Below, piece by piece: positions 1 to 10,230 of a stretch of DNA of 64,000 nt (position 1 is the first letter of the stretch; each line of letters starts with the position of its first letter). The notes beneath the pieces are model-generated. The model was not told where the DNA came from, did no database searches, and saw only the letters and a program-made list of their open reading frames with translations. Source of the stretch: Stellaceae bacterium (GTDB lineage: Bacteria > Pseudomonadota > Alphaproteobacteria > ATCC43930 > CGMCC-115725); contig DATAUV010000115.1 of NCBI GenBank assembly GCA_036268075.1, positions 6,523 through 70,522 of the forward strand. The letters are read 5' to 3'. The position numbers were made by a program, and so were the translations under genes.

Positions 1-485
1 AACAGCGTCGGGAAATCGAGTTGCTCCTCGCTCGCGTCCAACAGCGCGAACAGGTCGAACACCTCGTTGTGGACCTCCGCGACCCGCGCGTCCGGCCGGT
101 CGACCTTGTTGACCACGACGATCGGCCTGAGACCGCGGCGCAGCGCCTTCGAGGTCACGAACTTGGTCTGCGGCATCGGCCCCTCGGCCGCGTCGACCAG
201 TACCAGGACGCCGTCGACCATGCCGAGGATGCGCTCGACCTCGCCGCCGAAATCGGCGTGGCCCGGCGTGTCGACGATGTTGATCAGCACGTCGCCCCAC
301 ATCACCGACGTGCACTTGGCGAGGATCGTGATCCCGCGCTCGCGCTCCAGCTCGTTCGAATCGAGCGCGCGTTCGGCGACCTGCTGGTTCGCGCGAAACG
401 TCCCGCTCTGCCTCAAAAGCTGGTCGACGAGGGTAGTCTTGCCGTGGTCGACATGGGCGATGATCGCGATGTTGCGTATGTTCAT
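1..485 (-). CDS. typA: Translational GTPase TypA/BipA, N-terminal part (continues beyond window start)
   Basis: Reverse complement reads [24 protein letters not shown]...[10 protein letters not shown]...[12 protein letters not shown] (G1/G3/G4 motifs). The + strand ORFs 21..491 and 67..561 are antisense shadows of it. Confidence 0.85.
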   Translation of the reverse strand, partial: MNIRNIAIIAHVDHGKTTLVDQLLRQSGTFRANQQVAERALDSNELERERGITILAKCTSVMWGDVLINIVDTPGHADFGGEVERILGMVDGVLVLVDAAEGPMPQTKFVTSKALRRGLRPIVVVNKVDRPDARVAEVHNEVFDLFALLDASEEQLDFPTL

Positions 486-502
486 GAGTGACTCGTTCTT
501 CT

Positions 503-623
503 CCCTCTCCGCCCATTGGGGGGAGAGGGCCGGGGTGAGGTGGGAATTTATCGTCGCCTGACCACCTCACCCTCCCATCGCGTCGCGACGGGCCCCTCCC
601 TCTCCCCCAATGGGCGGAGAGGG
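503..623. repeat. REP-like compound palindrome, family A
   Basis: Inverted arms ccctctccgcccattggggggagaggg...gtgaggtgg / ccacctcac...ccctctcccccaatgggcggagaggg. Second copy at 45007-45122. Confidence 0.8.
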
Positions 624-648
624 CATAGCAGAGCGTGATGACCGCAAA

Positions 649-1644
649 TTAACCCAGTCTTGATTCCTTGAGGAGCCCGGCGAGATTTACCGCCGGCCGT
701 GCCCCGACATGACTGATGATTTCGGCCGCACACAGGCTGCCGATAGCCCCGCAAGTGGGGAGTGGGCGGCCGTTCGTCAACCCGAACAGGAATCCTGCGG
801 CATAAAGGTCCCCCGCCCCGGTCGTGTCGACGACCCGCGCAACCGGCGCCGCCTCGACCGTATGCGTCGCCCCGCCGGCGAGAATCACGCTGCCGTGCTC
901 GCTGCGGGTCAGCGCCGCGATGGCGACCTGCCCGCGCACGGCGTCGGCCGCGGCGGCGAAGTCTTCGGTCTGGTACAGCGAGCAGATCTCGGCCTCGTTC
1001 GCGAAGAGGATGTCCACCGAGCCGGCAACCAGCTCGCGGAACGCGTCGCGGTGGCGGGCGACGCAGAACGGGTCGCTGAGGCTCAGCGCCACCTTGCGCC
1101 CGGCCTCGTGGGCGAGGCGGGCGGCCTTGTGGAAGGCCTCCTTCGCCTGCGGCGGGTCGAACAGATACCCTTCGAGATAGGTCACTTTCGCGTCGGCGAC
1201 GATACGCGCGTCGACCTCGTCGGGGCCCAGCTCGACGGCGATGCCGAGATAAGTCGCCATCGTCCGCTGCCCGTCCGCGGTGACCACGATCAGGCAGCGC
1301 CCGGTGCCGGGGCCGCTCGTCGCCTCGGGGGTGTCGAAACGCACGCCGATCCCGGTCAGGTCGCTGCGATAGACGCGGCCGAGCCGGTCGTCGCGGACCT
1401 TGCCGATAAACGCGCCCTTGCCGCCGAGCGAGGCGATCGCCGCCATCGTGTTGCCGGCCGACCCGCCCGACGCCTCGACCCCCTCGCCGATCCGTTCGGT
1501 GAGCGCGGTCGCGCGGGCGTCGTCGATCAGCGTCATCGTGCCCTTGGCGAGCTCTTCCTCGACCAGAAACGCTTCGTCGCGGATCGCGATCACATCGACG
1601 ATCGCATCGCCAATGCCGACAACATCGAAGGCGGCATCCGCCAT
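649..1644 (-). CDS. PfkB-family carbohydrate/adenosine kinase
   Basis: 331-aa ORF. N-terminal VVGIGDAIVDV and C-terminal DTTGAGDLYAAGFLFG are ribokinase/PfkB signatures. Alphaproteobacterial adenosine-kinase-like. Confidence 0.8.
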   Translation of the reverse strand: MADAAFDVVGIGDAIVDVIAIRDEAFLVEEELAKGTMTLIDDARATALTERIGEGVEASGGSAGNTMAAIASLGGKGAFIGKVRDDRLGRVYRSDLTGIGVRFDTPEATSGPGTGRCLIVVTADGQRTMATYLGIAVELGPDEVDARIVADAKVTYLEGYLFDPPQAKEAFHKAARLAHEAGRKVALSLSDPFCVARHRDAFRELVAGSVDILFANEAEICSLYQTEDFAAAADAVRGQVAIAALTRSEHGSVILAGGATHTVEAAPVARVVDTTGAGDLYAAGFLFGLTNGRPLPTCGAIGSLCAAEIISHVGARPAVNLAGLLKESRLG

Positions 1645-1799
1645 CAGAGCCTCTCATCAGGGCGCGGGGAAAGGGCGCGGAGTATACGGACGGAAGGCCG
1701 CGCCGCAAGGAGTACTCCCTCGCCCCGGAAGCGCGTCGAAAGCGCGGACGGGGGACCGGACTAGCGGCGGCCCCCCGCCGGGAGTAAAAGCCGAGCCGT

Positions 1800-2483
1800 A
1801 TGATCCCCTCCCTGGTCCGCGCTTTCGCCGAATTGTCCGCCCCGCCGCTGCGCCGCATCGTGGGGCTGTGCCTGGGTCTCGCGGTGTCGAGCTTCGCGCT
1901 GCTGTGGCTCGGGATCGCCGCCGTGCTCGCGCATGGTGTTCATACCGGCTGGTGGCCGCTCGACTGGCTGGTGCAGCTCCTCGCCGCCGGCGGCGTCCTC
2001 GGCCTGAGCTGGCTTTTGTTCCCGGCGATCGTGACCCTCATCATGGGTTTCTTCCTGCCGCGCATAGCGGCCGAGGTCGATGCGCTCGACTATCCCGACA
2101 ATCCGGCCACGCGCCGTATCTCCGTAATGGAAAGCGTCGCGATCACCTTTCGGCTGATGGTCGTGACGCTCGCCCTTAATCTCTTGGCATTGCCGATTTA
2201 CGTTCTTGTGCCGGGCGTGAATTTTTTTGTCTTCCTGGGCCTGAACGGATATCTTTTGGGGCGGCAGTATTTCGAGGTGGTGGCTTTGCGGCGGCTTGAC
2301 TTGGCGGGGACCAGGGCGATGCGGCAACGGTTCGGCGGGCGGGTGTTCGCCGGCGGCGTGGTCATCGCGGGCCTCTTTGCCGTGCCGTTCGTCAACCTGC
2401 TTGCCCCGGTCATCGCGACGGCGTTCATGGTGCATCTCCATGCCCGCCTGGCGCAGCGCGCGCCCGACGCTTTGGCCGCCTGA
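1800..2483 (+). CDS. EI24/CysZ-family integral membrane protein
   Basis: 227-aa ORF with several hydrophobic spans. Resembles the CysZ/EI24 (DUF540) family by eye. Confidence 0.55.
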   Translation: MIPSLVRAFAELSAPPLRRIVGLCLGLAVSSFALLWLGIAAVLAHGVHTGWWPLDWLVQLLAAGGVLGLSWLLFPAIVTLIMGFFLPRIAAEVDALDYPDNPATRRISVMESVAITFRLMVVTLALNLLALPIYVLVPGVNFFVFLGLNGYLLGRQYFEVVALRRLDLAGTRAMRQRFGGRVFAGGVVIAGLFAVPFVNLLAPVIATAFMVHLHARLAQRAPDALAA

Positions 2484-2534
2484 ACATTCACCGACATCCG
2501 TCTTTCAACAGTTAGTCGATGGGGTATCCCACCC

Positions 2535-3149
2535 ATGTTCGGCCGCAGAAGACCAGAGAACGAGGACCGCAAGATGCCAGCAGATGCTCCCGACGATTTG
2601 GGCATCCCGATGAAGCCTGCGCGGCCGCCGGGCCAGGCGGCTACCGTCGCCCCGGTGCCGCGGGTTCCGTCGGCGGTGCCCCCGCGCACGCCCGAGCTCG
2701 CCCGTCCGCTGCCCGAGCCGATCCGCCCACCCGAGCCGCCACGCCGCACCGTGCCCGAGCCGGCGCCGCAGCCCACGCGCCATAGCGATGGCGACTTGCG
2801 CCGGCTGATCGTCGGCCGCGAGATCTCGCTGTCGGGCGAGATCACCTCCTGCGACAAGCTCGTCGTCGAGGGGAGCGTCGAGGCCAATCTGCAGAATTGC
2901 CACGAGATCGAGATTTCCGAGAGCGGCCTGTTCAAGGGCACCGCCTCGATCGACGAAGCCGAGGTGCGCGGCCGCTTCGAGGGCGATCTGGTCGTCCGCC
3001 GCCGCCTCCTGATTCGCGCCGGCGGCAAGGTCACCGGCTCGATCCGCTACGGCCAGCTCGAAGTCGAAGCCGGCGGCGAGCTCAGCGGCGAAATCCAGGC
3101 CTCCGGCGACAACGTCGCCGATCTCGCGACCTCACGGGCGGCTTATTGA
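2535..3149 (+). CDS. Bactofilin-family polymer-forming protein with Pro-rich N-terminus
   Basis: C-terminal beta-helical repeat pattern (SLSGEITSCDKLVVEGSVEANL...IEISESGLFKGTASIDEAEVRGRFEGDLVV...IRAGGKVTGSIRYGQLEVEAGGELSGEI) is typical of the DUF583/bactofilin family. Start codon uncertain. Confidence 0.7.
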   Translation: MFGRRRPENEDRKMPADAPDDLGIPMKPARPPGQAATVAPVPRVPSAVPPRTPELARPLPEPIRPPEPPRRTVPEPAPQPTRHSDGDLRRLIVGREISLSGEITSCDKLVVEGSVEANLQNCHEIEISESGLFKGTASIDEAEVRGRFEGDLVVRRRLLIRAGGKVTGSIRYGQLEVEAGGELSGEIQASGDNVADLATSRAAY

Positions 3150-3158
3150 ACTTGAGTT

Positions 3159-3232
3159 GATGGGCTTCGCGTTGCTCAGCCCATCCTACGGCATCGAATC
3201 TCGTAGGATGGGCTGAGCGCAGCGAAGCCATC
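3159..3232. repeat. REP-like palindrome, family B (GATGGGCTTCGC..GCTCAGCCCATCCTAC hairpin)
   Basis: gatgggcttcgcgttgctcagcccatcctacg...cgtaggatgggctgagcgcagcgaagccatc. Other copies at 8860, 15254, 50843 and 61743. Confidence 0.85.
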
Positions 3233-3920
3233 ACCCCTCCGCGACCCGTTTCCCCTTCGGCGCCACGATCGCCTCTTCCGGCATCGTCTTCGCGCCGTAC
3301 CGGCACAAATCCGCCACCACGCACAGATGGCAATCGGGCTTGCGCGCCTTGCAGACGTGCCGGCCGTGCAGGATCAGCCAGTGGTGCGCGTTGAGCCGGT
3401 ATTCCGGCGGCGTCGCTTTTACCAGCCCCAGCTCGACCGCGTGCGGCGTCCTCCCCGGCGCGATCCCGGTGCGGTTGCCGACCCGGAAGATATGCGTGTC
3501 GACCGCGATCGTCGGCTCCTCGAACGCGACGTTAAGCACGACGTTGGCGGTCTTGCGCCCGACCCCCGGCAGCGCCTCCAGCGCCTCGCGGTCATGCGGC
3601 ACCTCGCCGCCATGCCGCTCGATCAACAGCGCCGATAGCCGGATGATGTTTTTCGCCTTGGTGCGGTAGAGCCCGATCGTCCGCACCAGCTCGGCCACCC
3701 GCGCCTCACCGAGCGCAACCATCTTCGCCGGCGCGTCGGCGAGCGCGAACAAGGCCGGCGTCGCCTTGTTGACCCCGACATCGGTCGCCTGCGCCGACAG
3801 CACGACCGCGACGAGGAGCGTGAACGAGTTGATGTACTCAAGCTCGGTGCGCGGGATCGGCCGGGTTTCTTCCAGCCGCCGGTAGAATTCCGCAACCTCG
3901 CGTTTGGTGAATTTGCGCAT
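3231..3920 (-). CDS. nth: Endonuclease III
   Basis: LLVAVVLSAQATD, LPGVGRKTANVVL (HhH) and the C-terminal 4Fe-4S motif CKARKPDCHLCVVADLC. ATG at 3920 preferred over the upstream TTG at 3941. Confidence 0.9.
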   Translation of the reverse strand: MRKFTKREVAEFYRRLEETRPIPRTELEYINSFTLLVAVVLSAQATDVGVNKATPALFALADAPAKMVALGEARVAELVRTIGLYRTKAKNIIRLSALLIERHGGEVPHDREALEALPGVGRKTANVVLNVAFEEPTIAVDTHIFRVGNRTGIAPGRTPHAVELGLVKATPPEYRLNAHHWLILHGRHVCKARKPDCHLCVVADLCRYGAKTMPEEAIVAPKGKRVAEG

Positions 3921-4199
3921 CGCCGCGGATGTTAAGCGCAATCCGCGGCGACGCGAAAGCGGGCCTCAGTGAAAGCCGGGCCTCAGTGCTGCGCCGGCGG
4001 ATTGGCCGGGGGCGCGGGATTGGTAGAAGCCGGCGGGTTTAAGAGCGGCAGATGCCGGCCCGGCCGGCTGCGCCCAACGTCATCAGGCGCATCATACTAC
4101 TACTCCAAGGGGTGCGGGCGGGATCGGAGCACCGCAGAGATTCGCAAACCCCTTAAGAAGCCACCGCCCCGTCTTTTATCATGCCTAACGAAGTTTTAT

Positions 4200-4715
4200 A
4201 TGTTGCGGATGGAAGCCTCTCCAGCCGCGTCGCGCGCGATTTTCTTCGAGCGGGCGCTGCTGCCGCATCGCAGCCTGCCGCCGCGCGGGTTCAACATTTT
4301 GATGCTGGGCCTTGCCGGGCTCAGCCTCGCGGTCGGGATCGGGTTCGTGTCCCTCGGCGCCTGGCCGGTATGCGGTTTTTTCGGGCTCGACGTGGCGGCG
4401 ATCTATGTCGCGTTCCGCATCAGCTATCGCAGCGCCCGGCGGCGGGAGACGCTGCGCCTGGCCGGCGACGAATTCACCGTCGAACGCGTCAGCATCCGCG
4501 GCGAGCGGCGGATCTGGCGGTTTCAGCCTTTCTGGCTGCGCGTCGTCCTCGACCAGCCCAACGACCACACGACCCGGCTGTCGCTCGTCTCGCACGGCAA
4601 GAGCCTGGTGATCGGCGATTTCCTGCCGCCGCCGGCCCGCCCCGAGCTGGCGCAGAGCCTCAAGGACGCCCTCGCCCGCTGGCGCGCTTCGCTCAGCCCA
4701 ACGAACCCCGACTAA
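4200..4715 (+). CDS. DUF2244-like integral membrane protein
   Basis: Two adjacent TM spans (FNILMLGLAGLSLAVGIGFV, WPVCGFFGLDVAAIYVAF) then a soluble tail. Start taken at the internal ATG (MLRMEAS) of ORF 3969..4715. Confidence 0.55.
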   Translation: MLRMEASPAASRAIFFERALLPHRSLPPRGFNILMLGLAGLSLAVGIGFVSLGAWPVCGFFGLDVAAIYVAFRISYRSARRRETLRLAGDEFTVERVSIRGERRIWRFQPFWLRVVLDQPNDHTTRLSLVSHGKSLVIGDFLPPPARPELAQSLKDALARWRASLSPTNPD

Positions 4716-5518
4716 AGCCCCAGCACGTCCTTCATGCCGTAGAGCCCCGGCGGCTTGCCGATGAGCCATTGCGCCGCCCTGACCGCGCCCCTCGCATAGA
4801 TCGCGCGGTTGGTCGCGCGATGCACCAGCTCGAGCCGCTCGCCGGCGCCGGCGAAGACGACGTGGTGGTCGCCGACCGCGTCGCCGCCGCGCAACGAGGC
4901 AAAGCCGATATCGCCGTCGCGCCGCGCCCCGGTGATGCCGTCGCGCCCGCGCTTGGCGCTTGCCTCCAGCGTCGTGCCGCGCGCCGCCGCAGCCGCCGCG
5001 CCGAGCGCCAGGGCCGTCCCCGACGGCGCGTCGGCCTTGCCGCGATGGTGCATCTCCATGATCTCGATGTCCCAGTCGACGCCGAGCCGCGCCGCGACCT
5101 GCTCGACGAGCCCCAGCAGCAGGTTGATGCCGAGGCTGGTATTCGCCGCCCAGACGATCGGAATGATCCGGGCGGCGGCGCGCACCGCCTCTTCCTGCCC
5201 CGGGGTGAGGCCCGTGGTCCCGATGACGATCGGCTTGCCCAGCGCCGCCGCCAGCGTCGCGTGCTCGGCCGTCGCGGCGGGCTGCGAGAAGTCGATCGCG
5301 ACATCGCTCTCGCCGATCAGCCGCCGCGCGTCGTCCCCGATCGCGAGCCCGAGCTTGCCGATCCCCGGCACCTCGCCGACATCCCGGCCGATCAGCGCCC
5401 CGCCCGGCGCGGTGACGCCGCCCGCGAGGTTGACGCCCTCGCCGGCGACGATCTCGGCCACCAGCATGCGGCCCATCCGCCCGCCGCACCCGATCACCCC
5501 CATCCCGATCTCAGCCAT
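4712..5518 (-). CDS. dapB: 4-hydroxy-tetrahydrodipicolinate reductase
   Basis: 268 aa. N-terminal GVIGCGGRMGR Rossmann motif and EMHHRGKADAPSGTA motif. Confidence 0.9.
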   Translation of the reverse strand: MAEIGMGVIGCGGRMGRMLVAEIVAGEGVNLAGGVTAPGGALIGRDVGEVPGIGKLGLAIGDDARRLIGESDVAIDFSQPAATAEHATLAAALGKPIVIGTTGLTPGQEEAVRAAARIIPIVWAANTSLGINLLLGLVEQVAARLGVDWDIEIMEMHHRGKADAPSGTALALGAAAAAARGTTLEASAKRGRDGITGARRDGDIGFASLRGGDAVGDHHVVFAGAGERLELVHRATNRAIYARGAVRAAQWLIGKPPGLYGMKDVLGL

Positions 5519-5638
5519 CCCGCGCGCCTCCGCTGCTGCCGTCGCCGCGAGGGTAGCGTATCCTCCCTCTCAGGTCATTCCGGGGCATTGACGGAAGAGG
5601 TGGAGCGCCCGCCCCGTTTTGGTCTACACCCGCACCCG

Positions 5639-7192
5639 ATGGCACTCATCCGCTCGGTCGCGACGATCGGCTCCTACACGCTGGTGAGCCGCGTCTTCGG
5701 GTTTGTCCGCGACATCCTGACCGCGGCGATCCTCGGCGCCGGGCCGGTGGCGGATGCGTTTTTTGTCGCCCAGCGCCTGCCGAATTTGTTCCGGAGCCTG
5801 TTTGCCGAGGGTGCGTTCAGCGCGGCCTTCGTCCCGCTGGCGTCGAGCGCGATGGCGGAGGGCGGCAAGGAGGCCGTGCGCGAGTTCGCCGAGGAAGCCT
5901 TTGCGGTCCTCTTCGCGGCACTCACGATCTTCGTCGTGCTCGGCGAGATCTTCATGCCGGCGGTGATGCAAATCATCGCCCCCGGCTTTACCGACGAGCC
6001 CGGCAAGTTCGAACTCGTCGTCGCCCTTACCCGCATCACCTTCCCGTACCTGATGTTCATCTCGCTCGTGGCGTTGCAGGGCGGGCTCCTCAACTCGCTG
6101 GAGCGATTCGCCGCCGCCGCCGCGACCCCGGTGCTGCTGAACATCTTCCTGATCGCGGGTCTCTGGGCGATGGCGCATTTCGGGTGGAGCGACGGCCGCG
6201 TGCTCGCCTGGTCGCTGACCGCGGCCGGGATCGCGCAGTTCCTCTGGCTCGCGGTGTCGTGCGCCCAGGCAGGCGTGCTGATCCGCCCCCGCCTGCCGCG
6301 CCTGACGCCGAAAGTCCGCCGCACCCTCGCGGTCATGGGCCCGGCCGTGATCGGCGCCGGTGTCACCCAGCTCAACCTGATGATCTCGACCGCGCTCGCC
6401 TCGCTGCTGCCGGAGGGCTCGGTCTCGTACCTCTATTACGCCGACCGCCTGAACCAGCTTCCGCTCGGCGTCGTCGGCATCGCCGTCGCGACCGCGATCC
6501 TGCCGCCGCTGTCGCGCCAGGTGCATGGCGGCGACCTGGCCGGCGCGATCCACACGCAGAACCGCGGCGTCGAGCTGTCGGTGCTGCTGACCCTTCCCGC
6601 CGCGATCGGCCTCGCGATTCTCGCGCATCCGATTCTCGCCGTGCTGTTCGAGCGCGGCGCGTTTGGCGAGGCGGCGACCTCGGCAACCGCGGCCGCGCTC
6701 TCCGCCTACGCCTTGGGGCTGCCGGCCTTCGTCCTCGTCAAGGTGCTGGCGCCGGCTTTCTTCGCCCGCCAGAACACGCGGACGCCGGTCAAGATCGCGA
6801 TCGCGGCGATGGCGGTGAACCTGGGCCTCACCCTCCTGCTGATGCGCCCGCTCGCCCATGTCGGCGTCGCGATCGCGCTGTCGGCCGCGGGATGGATGCA
6901 GGCCGTGGCGCTGATGATCCTCCTATCCCGCCGCGGCCATTTCCGGTTCGACGACCGCGCCCGCGCCAACCTGCCGCGCATCGCCGCCGCCGCGCTCGCG
7001 ATGGGAGCAGCACTGATCGGACTGCGCCTCGCCCTCGCCCCGGCGCTCACGGGAACCGCGGTCCTGCGCGTCGCCGCGCTGTTCGGCTTGATTGCCGCCG
7101 GCGCCGTGATCTTCGCCGGGCTGATCCTCGCGCTCGGCGTCGCGGGGTGGCGCGACCTTCGCAGGCTTGACCCGGCCCCGCAGCGGCGATAA
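5639..7192 (+). CDS. murJ: Lipid II flippase MurJ/MviN
   Basis: [66 protein letters not shown] is the canonical MurJ N-terminus. The upstream part of ORF 4181..7192 is a GC-frame artefact antisense to dapB. Confidence 0.9.
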   Translation: MALIRSVATIGSYTLVSRVFGFVRDILTAAILGAGPVADAFFVAQRLPNLFRSLFAEGAFSAAFVPLASSAMAEGGKEAVREFAEEAFAVLFAALTIFVVLGEIFMPAVMQIIAPGFTDEPGKFELVVALTRITFPYLMFISLVALQGGLLNSLERFAAAAATPVLLNIFLIAGLWAMAHFGWSDGRVLAWSLTAAGIAQFLWLAVSCAQAGVLIRPRLPRLTPKVRRTLAVMGPAVIGAGVTQLNLMISTALASLLPEGSVSYLYYADRLNQLPLGVVGIAVATAILPPLSRQVHGGDLAGAIHTQNRGVELSVLLTLPAAIGLAILAHPILAVLFERGAFGEAATSATAAALSAYALGLPAFVLVKVLAPAFFARQNTRTPVKIAIAAMAVNLGLTLLLMRPLAHVGVAIALSAAGWMQAVALMILLSRRGHFRFDDRARANLPRIAAAALAMGAALIGLRLALAPALTGTAVLRVAALFGLIAAGAVIFAGLILALGVAGWRDLRRLDPAPQRR

Positions 7193-7202
7193 CCACCCGG
7201 CC

Positions 7203-8201
7203 ATGAACCGAATCTTTTCCGGCATCCAGCCGACCGGCAATCTGCATCTCGGCAATTACCTCGGCGCGATCCGCAACTGGGTCGCGCTGCAGCACGATTA
7301 CGAGTGCATCTTCTGCATCGTGGACCTGCACGCGCTGACCCTGCCGCAAGACCCGGACGAGCTGCGCAAATCCACCCGCGAGGTCACCGCCGCCTATATC
7401 GCCGCCGGCATCGACCCCGAGCATTGCACGATCTTCAACCAGAGCATGGTGCCGGCCCATGCCGAGCTGTCGTGGCTGCTCGGCTGCCTGACCCCGCTCG
7501 GCTGGCTCAACCGGATGACCCAGTTCAAGGAAAAGGCCGGCAAGCAGCGCGACAATGCGGGCCTTGGCCTCTACGCCTACCCGGTGCTGATGGCCGCCGA
7601 CATCCTCGCCTACAAGGCGACGCACGTGCCGGTCGGCGAGGACCAGAAGCAGCATCTGGAACTCGCCCGCGACATCGCCGGCGCCTTCAACCGGCGCTAC
7701 GACCGCGACTTCTTCCCGCTCCCCGAGCCGCAGATTTTCGGCGAGGCGACGCGGGTGATGAGCCTGCGCGACGGCTCGGCGAAAATGTCGAAATCGGACC
7801 CGTCGGACAATTCGCGCATCAACATGACCGACGACGCCGACACGATCGCCCACAAGATCCGCCGCGCCAAGACCGACCCCGAACCCCTGCCCGACACGAT
7901 CGAGGACTTGGAAAAGCGTCCGGAGGCCGACAACCTCGTCGGCATCTACGCCGCGCTGACCGGGCAGACGAGCAAGGAGGCGCTGGCGCAATTCGCCGGC
8001 CAGAACTTCTCGACCTTCAAGCAGGCGCTGGCCGAGGTCGCGGTCGAGGTTCTCGGCAAGATCGGCGGCGAGATGCGCCGTCTGACGGCCGACCCCGGCC
8101 ATATCGACCGCATCCTCCGCCGCGGCGCCGAGCGCGCCGCGGCGATCTCGATGCCGATCCTGCGCGACGTGCAGGACATCACCGGGCTGCTGCGGCCTTA
8201 G
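7203..8201 (+). CDS. trpS: Tryptophan--tRNA ligase
   Basis: Class I motifs: TGNLHLGNY (HIGH) and KMSKSDP (KMSKS). About 332 aa. Confidence 0.92.
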   Translation: MNRIFSGIQPTGNLHLGNYLGAIRNWVALQHDYECIFCIVDLHALTLPQDPDELRKSTREVTAAYIAAGIDPEHCTIFNQSMVPAHAELSWLLGCLTPLGWLNRMTQFKEKAGKQRDNAGLGLYAYPVLMAADILAYKATHVPVGEDQKQHLELARDIAGAFNRRYDRDFFPLPEPQIFGEATRVMSLRDGSAKMSKSDPSDNSRINMTDDADTIAHKIRRAKTDPEPLPDTIEDLEKRPEADNLVGIYAALTGQTSKEALAQFAGQNFSTFKQALAEVAVEVLGKIGGEMRRLTADPGHIDRILRRGAERAAAISMPILRDVQDITGLLRP

Positions 8202-8296
8202 CGGCAAAGAAGCGCATCCCGCTTCGGGGTTGATTCAGCCGCGTAAAGCCCCATGCTAACAAGCACCGATCGCACATCATTCCCGCGGAGACCTCG

Positions 8297-8851
8297 ATGT
8301 TCATCCAGACCGAGCAGACCCCCAACCCGGCCACGCTGAAATTCCTGCCGGGCTGCGCGGTGATGAGCTCCGGCACCGCGAACTTCACCACGCCCGAGGC
8401 CGCTCGCCGCTCGCCGCTGGCCGAGCGGCTGTTCGAATTGCCCGAGGTCACCGGCATCTTCCTCGGCTCCGATTTCATTACGGTCACCAAGGGCGGTGAC
8501 ACCGACTGGTATCAGCTCAAGCCGGCGGTGCTCGCCGTCGTCATGGAGCATTTCACCGCCGGCCGTCCGGTCATCGAGGGCGGCACGATGGGCGACGCGG
8601 CCGCCGGCGCCGAGGAGGAAGACGACGAGATCGTCTCGCAGATCAAGGAATTGCTCGAAACCCGCGTCCGACCGGCCGTCGCGCAGGATGGCGGCGACAT
8701 CATCTTCGAGGATTTCAACGACGGCATCGTCTACCTGCACATGCAGGGCTCGTGCTCCGGCTGCCCCAGCTCGACCGCGACGCTCAAAGCCGGCATCGAG
8801 AACATGCTGCGCCACTACATCCCCGAAGTGATGGAAGTGCGGGCCGTCTAG
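8297..8851 (+). CDS. NifU/Nfu-family Fe-S cluster scaffold protein
   Basis: N-terminal MFIQTEQTPNPATLKFLPG (Nfu_N) and C-terminal NifU CxxC motif (GSCSGCPSS). Confidence 0.85.
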   Translation: MFIQTEQTPNPATLKFLPGCAVMSSGTANFTTPEAARRSPLAERLFELPEVTGIFLGSDFITVTKGGDTDWYQLKPAVLAVVMEHFTAGRPVIEGGTMGDAAAGAEEEDDEIVSQIKELLETRVRPAVAQDGGDIIFEDFNDGIVYLHMQGSCSGCPSSTATLKAGIENMLRHYIPEVMEVRAV

Positions 8852-8859
8852 CGGAGAAC

Positions 8860-8934
8860 GATGGGCTTCGCTGCGCTCAGCCCATCCTACTGCACCGGAT
8901 CCCGTAGGATGGGCTGAGCGCAGCGAAGCCCATC
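8860..8934. repeat. REP-like palindrome, family B
   Basis: gatgggcttcgctgcgctcagcccatcctac...gtaggatgggctgagcgcagcgaagcccatc. Confidence 0.85.
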
Positions 8935-8940
8935 ACCCGC

Positions 8941-10104
8941 ATGACCGGGCCAAGCCCAGCCAAGGCGGGCTCTGTGACCATTCTAGCCCTCGATACCGCC
9001 GGCTCGGCCTGCTCCGTCGCGATCGAGCGCGACGGCGAGGTTGTCGTCGCCCACCGCCAGGAGATGCGCCACGGCCATGCCGAGGCGCTGATGCCAATGG
9101 TCGACGCGGCGATGCGCGAGGCGTCCCTGACGCCGACGGAGCTTGACGCGGTCGCCGTGTCGCTCGGCCCCGGCGGCTTCACCGGCATCCGGGTAGGGCT
9201 CGCGGCCGCGCACGGCGTTGCGCTGGCGAGCGGCGCGCGGCTCGTCGGCGTCACCAGCTTTGCCGCGGTCGCCTCTTCCGTCGAGGCGGACGGCCCCGTC
9301 CTCGTCGCCCTCGACAGCCGCCGCGCCGATTTCTACGTGCAGCTTTTCAACCCCGGCGGCGAGCCGGAGGCGGTCTTGCCCGACCGGCTCGCCGGCTGGA
9401 TCGTGGAGAAGATCGGCGACGCACCGCTGATCGTCGCCGGTGACGCGGCCGAGGCCGCCGCCTCGGCGCTGGCGGGCCGGGCGCAAGTAATCGCCCTGCC
9501 CGGCACCTCGCCCGACGCGCGCGGCGTCCTCGCCGCCGCCCGGCGCATCCTGGAGGACACAGCCGAGCCGCCCGGCCCGCGCGCCCTTTACCTCCGTCCG
9601 CCCGATGTCAGCTTCGCCGCGCCGCCCGCCCCGCGCCCGGCCGCCCAGCGCATCGCCAAGCTGCCGCTGACCGCCGCCGAGCCGCTGGCGATGCTGCACC
9701 GGAGCTGCTTTCCGGACGATCCGTGGAACGGCGAGGCGATGTCGCGGGTGCTCGGCCTCTCCGGCTGTTTCGGTCATCTCGCCTGGGAGCGCGGCGAGCC
9801 GTGCGGATTTGTCCTCGCGCGCGACCTCGGCGACGAGTGCGAGATCCTGTCGATCGGCGTCGAGCCCGCCGCCCGCCGCCGAGGTCTCGGCGGGCGATTG
9901 TTGCGCGCCGGTATCGCCGAGGCGCGGCGCCGCGGCGCTGCTTCGGTCGTGCTGGAGGTTGCTTCCGACAATACTGCCGCGCGCCGTCTATATACGGCTC
10001 TCGGCTTTCTTCGGGTCGGGTTCCGCCCGCGCTATTACCGCCGCCGCGACGGTCTCGCCGACGCGTTGATATTGCGCCTCACCCTTGGGAATACGCTCAC
10101 ATGA
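8941..10104 (+). CDS. tsaB-rimI: Apparent fusion: t6A complex subunit TsaB + ribosomal-protein-alanine N-acetyltransferase RimI
   Basis: N-terminal ILALDTAGSACSVAI...GPGGFTGIRVG (TsaB) runs with no in-frame stop into a GNAT domain (ILSIGVEPAARRRGLGGRLL...TAARRLYTALGF). Confidence 0.75.
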   Translation: MTGPSPAKAGSVTILALDTAGSACSVAIERDGEVVVAHRQEMRHGHAEALMPMVDAAMREASLTPTELDAVAVSLGPGGFTGIRVGLAAAHGVALASGARLVGVTSFAAVASSVEADGPVLVALDSRRADFYVQLFNPGGEPEAVLPDRLAGWIVEKIGDAPLIVAGDAAEAAASALAGRAQVIALPGTSPDARGVLAAARRILEDTAEPPGPRALYLRPPDVSFAAPPAPRPAAQRIAKLPLTAAEPLAMLHRSCFPDDPWNGEAMSRVLGLSGCFGHLAWERGEPCGFVLARDLGDECEILSIGVEPAARRRGLGGRLLRAGIAEARRRGAASVVLEVASDNTAARRLYTALGFLRVGFRPRYYRRRDGLADALILRLTLGNTLT

Positions 10105-10230
10105 CTGTGAATTTGTGCTGAGGTAAGTCTAGGTGCGGCTCTAAATCGACAAGACCGGCAAAAGACCCGATTGCGCTGTGTTGAATAATTCCCTACATTT
10201 CGCCATCCGATTGGCCGCGGGAAATTCCAA

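Noticed and set aside
3942-4199. The 260-bp spacer between nth and the DUF2244 gene, with a short direct repeat (GGGCCTCAGTG twice) and several possible stems, as a possible ncRNA or riboswitch.
   Set aside because: No promoter-terminator pair and no match to any RNA family I can recall. The stems are short, as expected by chance in GC-rich DNA. It is more simply a divergent promoter region.
8209-8225. Short hairpin after trpS (gaagcg-catcc-cgcttc) as a possible terminator.
   Set aside because: Only a 6-bp stem with no U-tract. Not distinguishable from chance.
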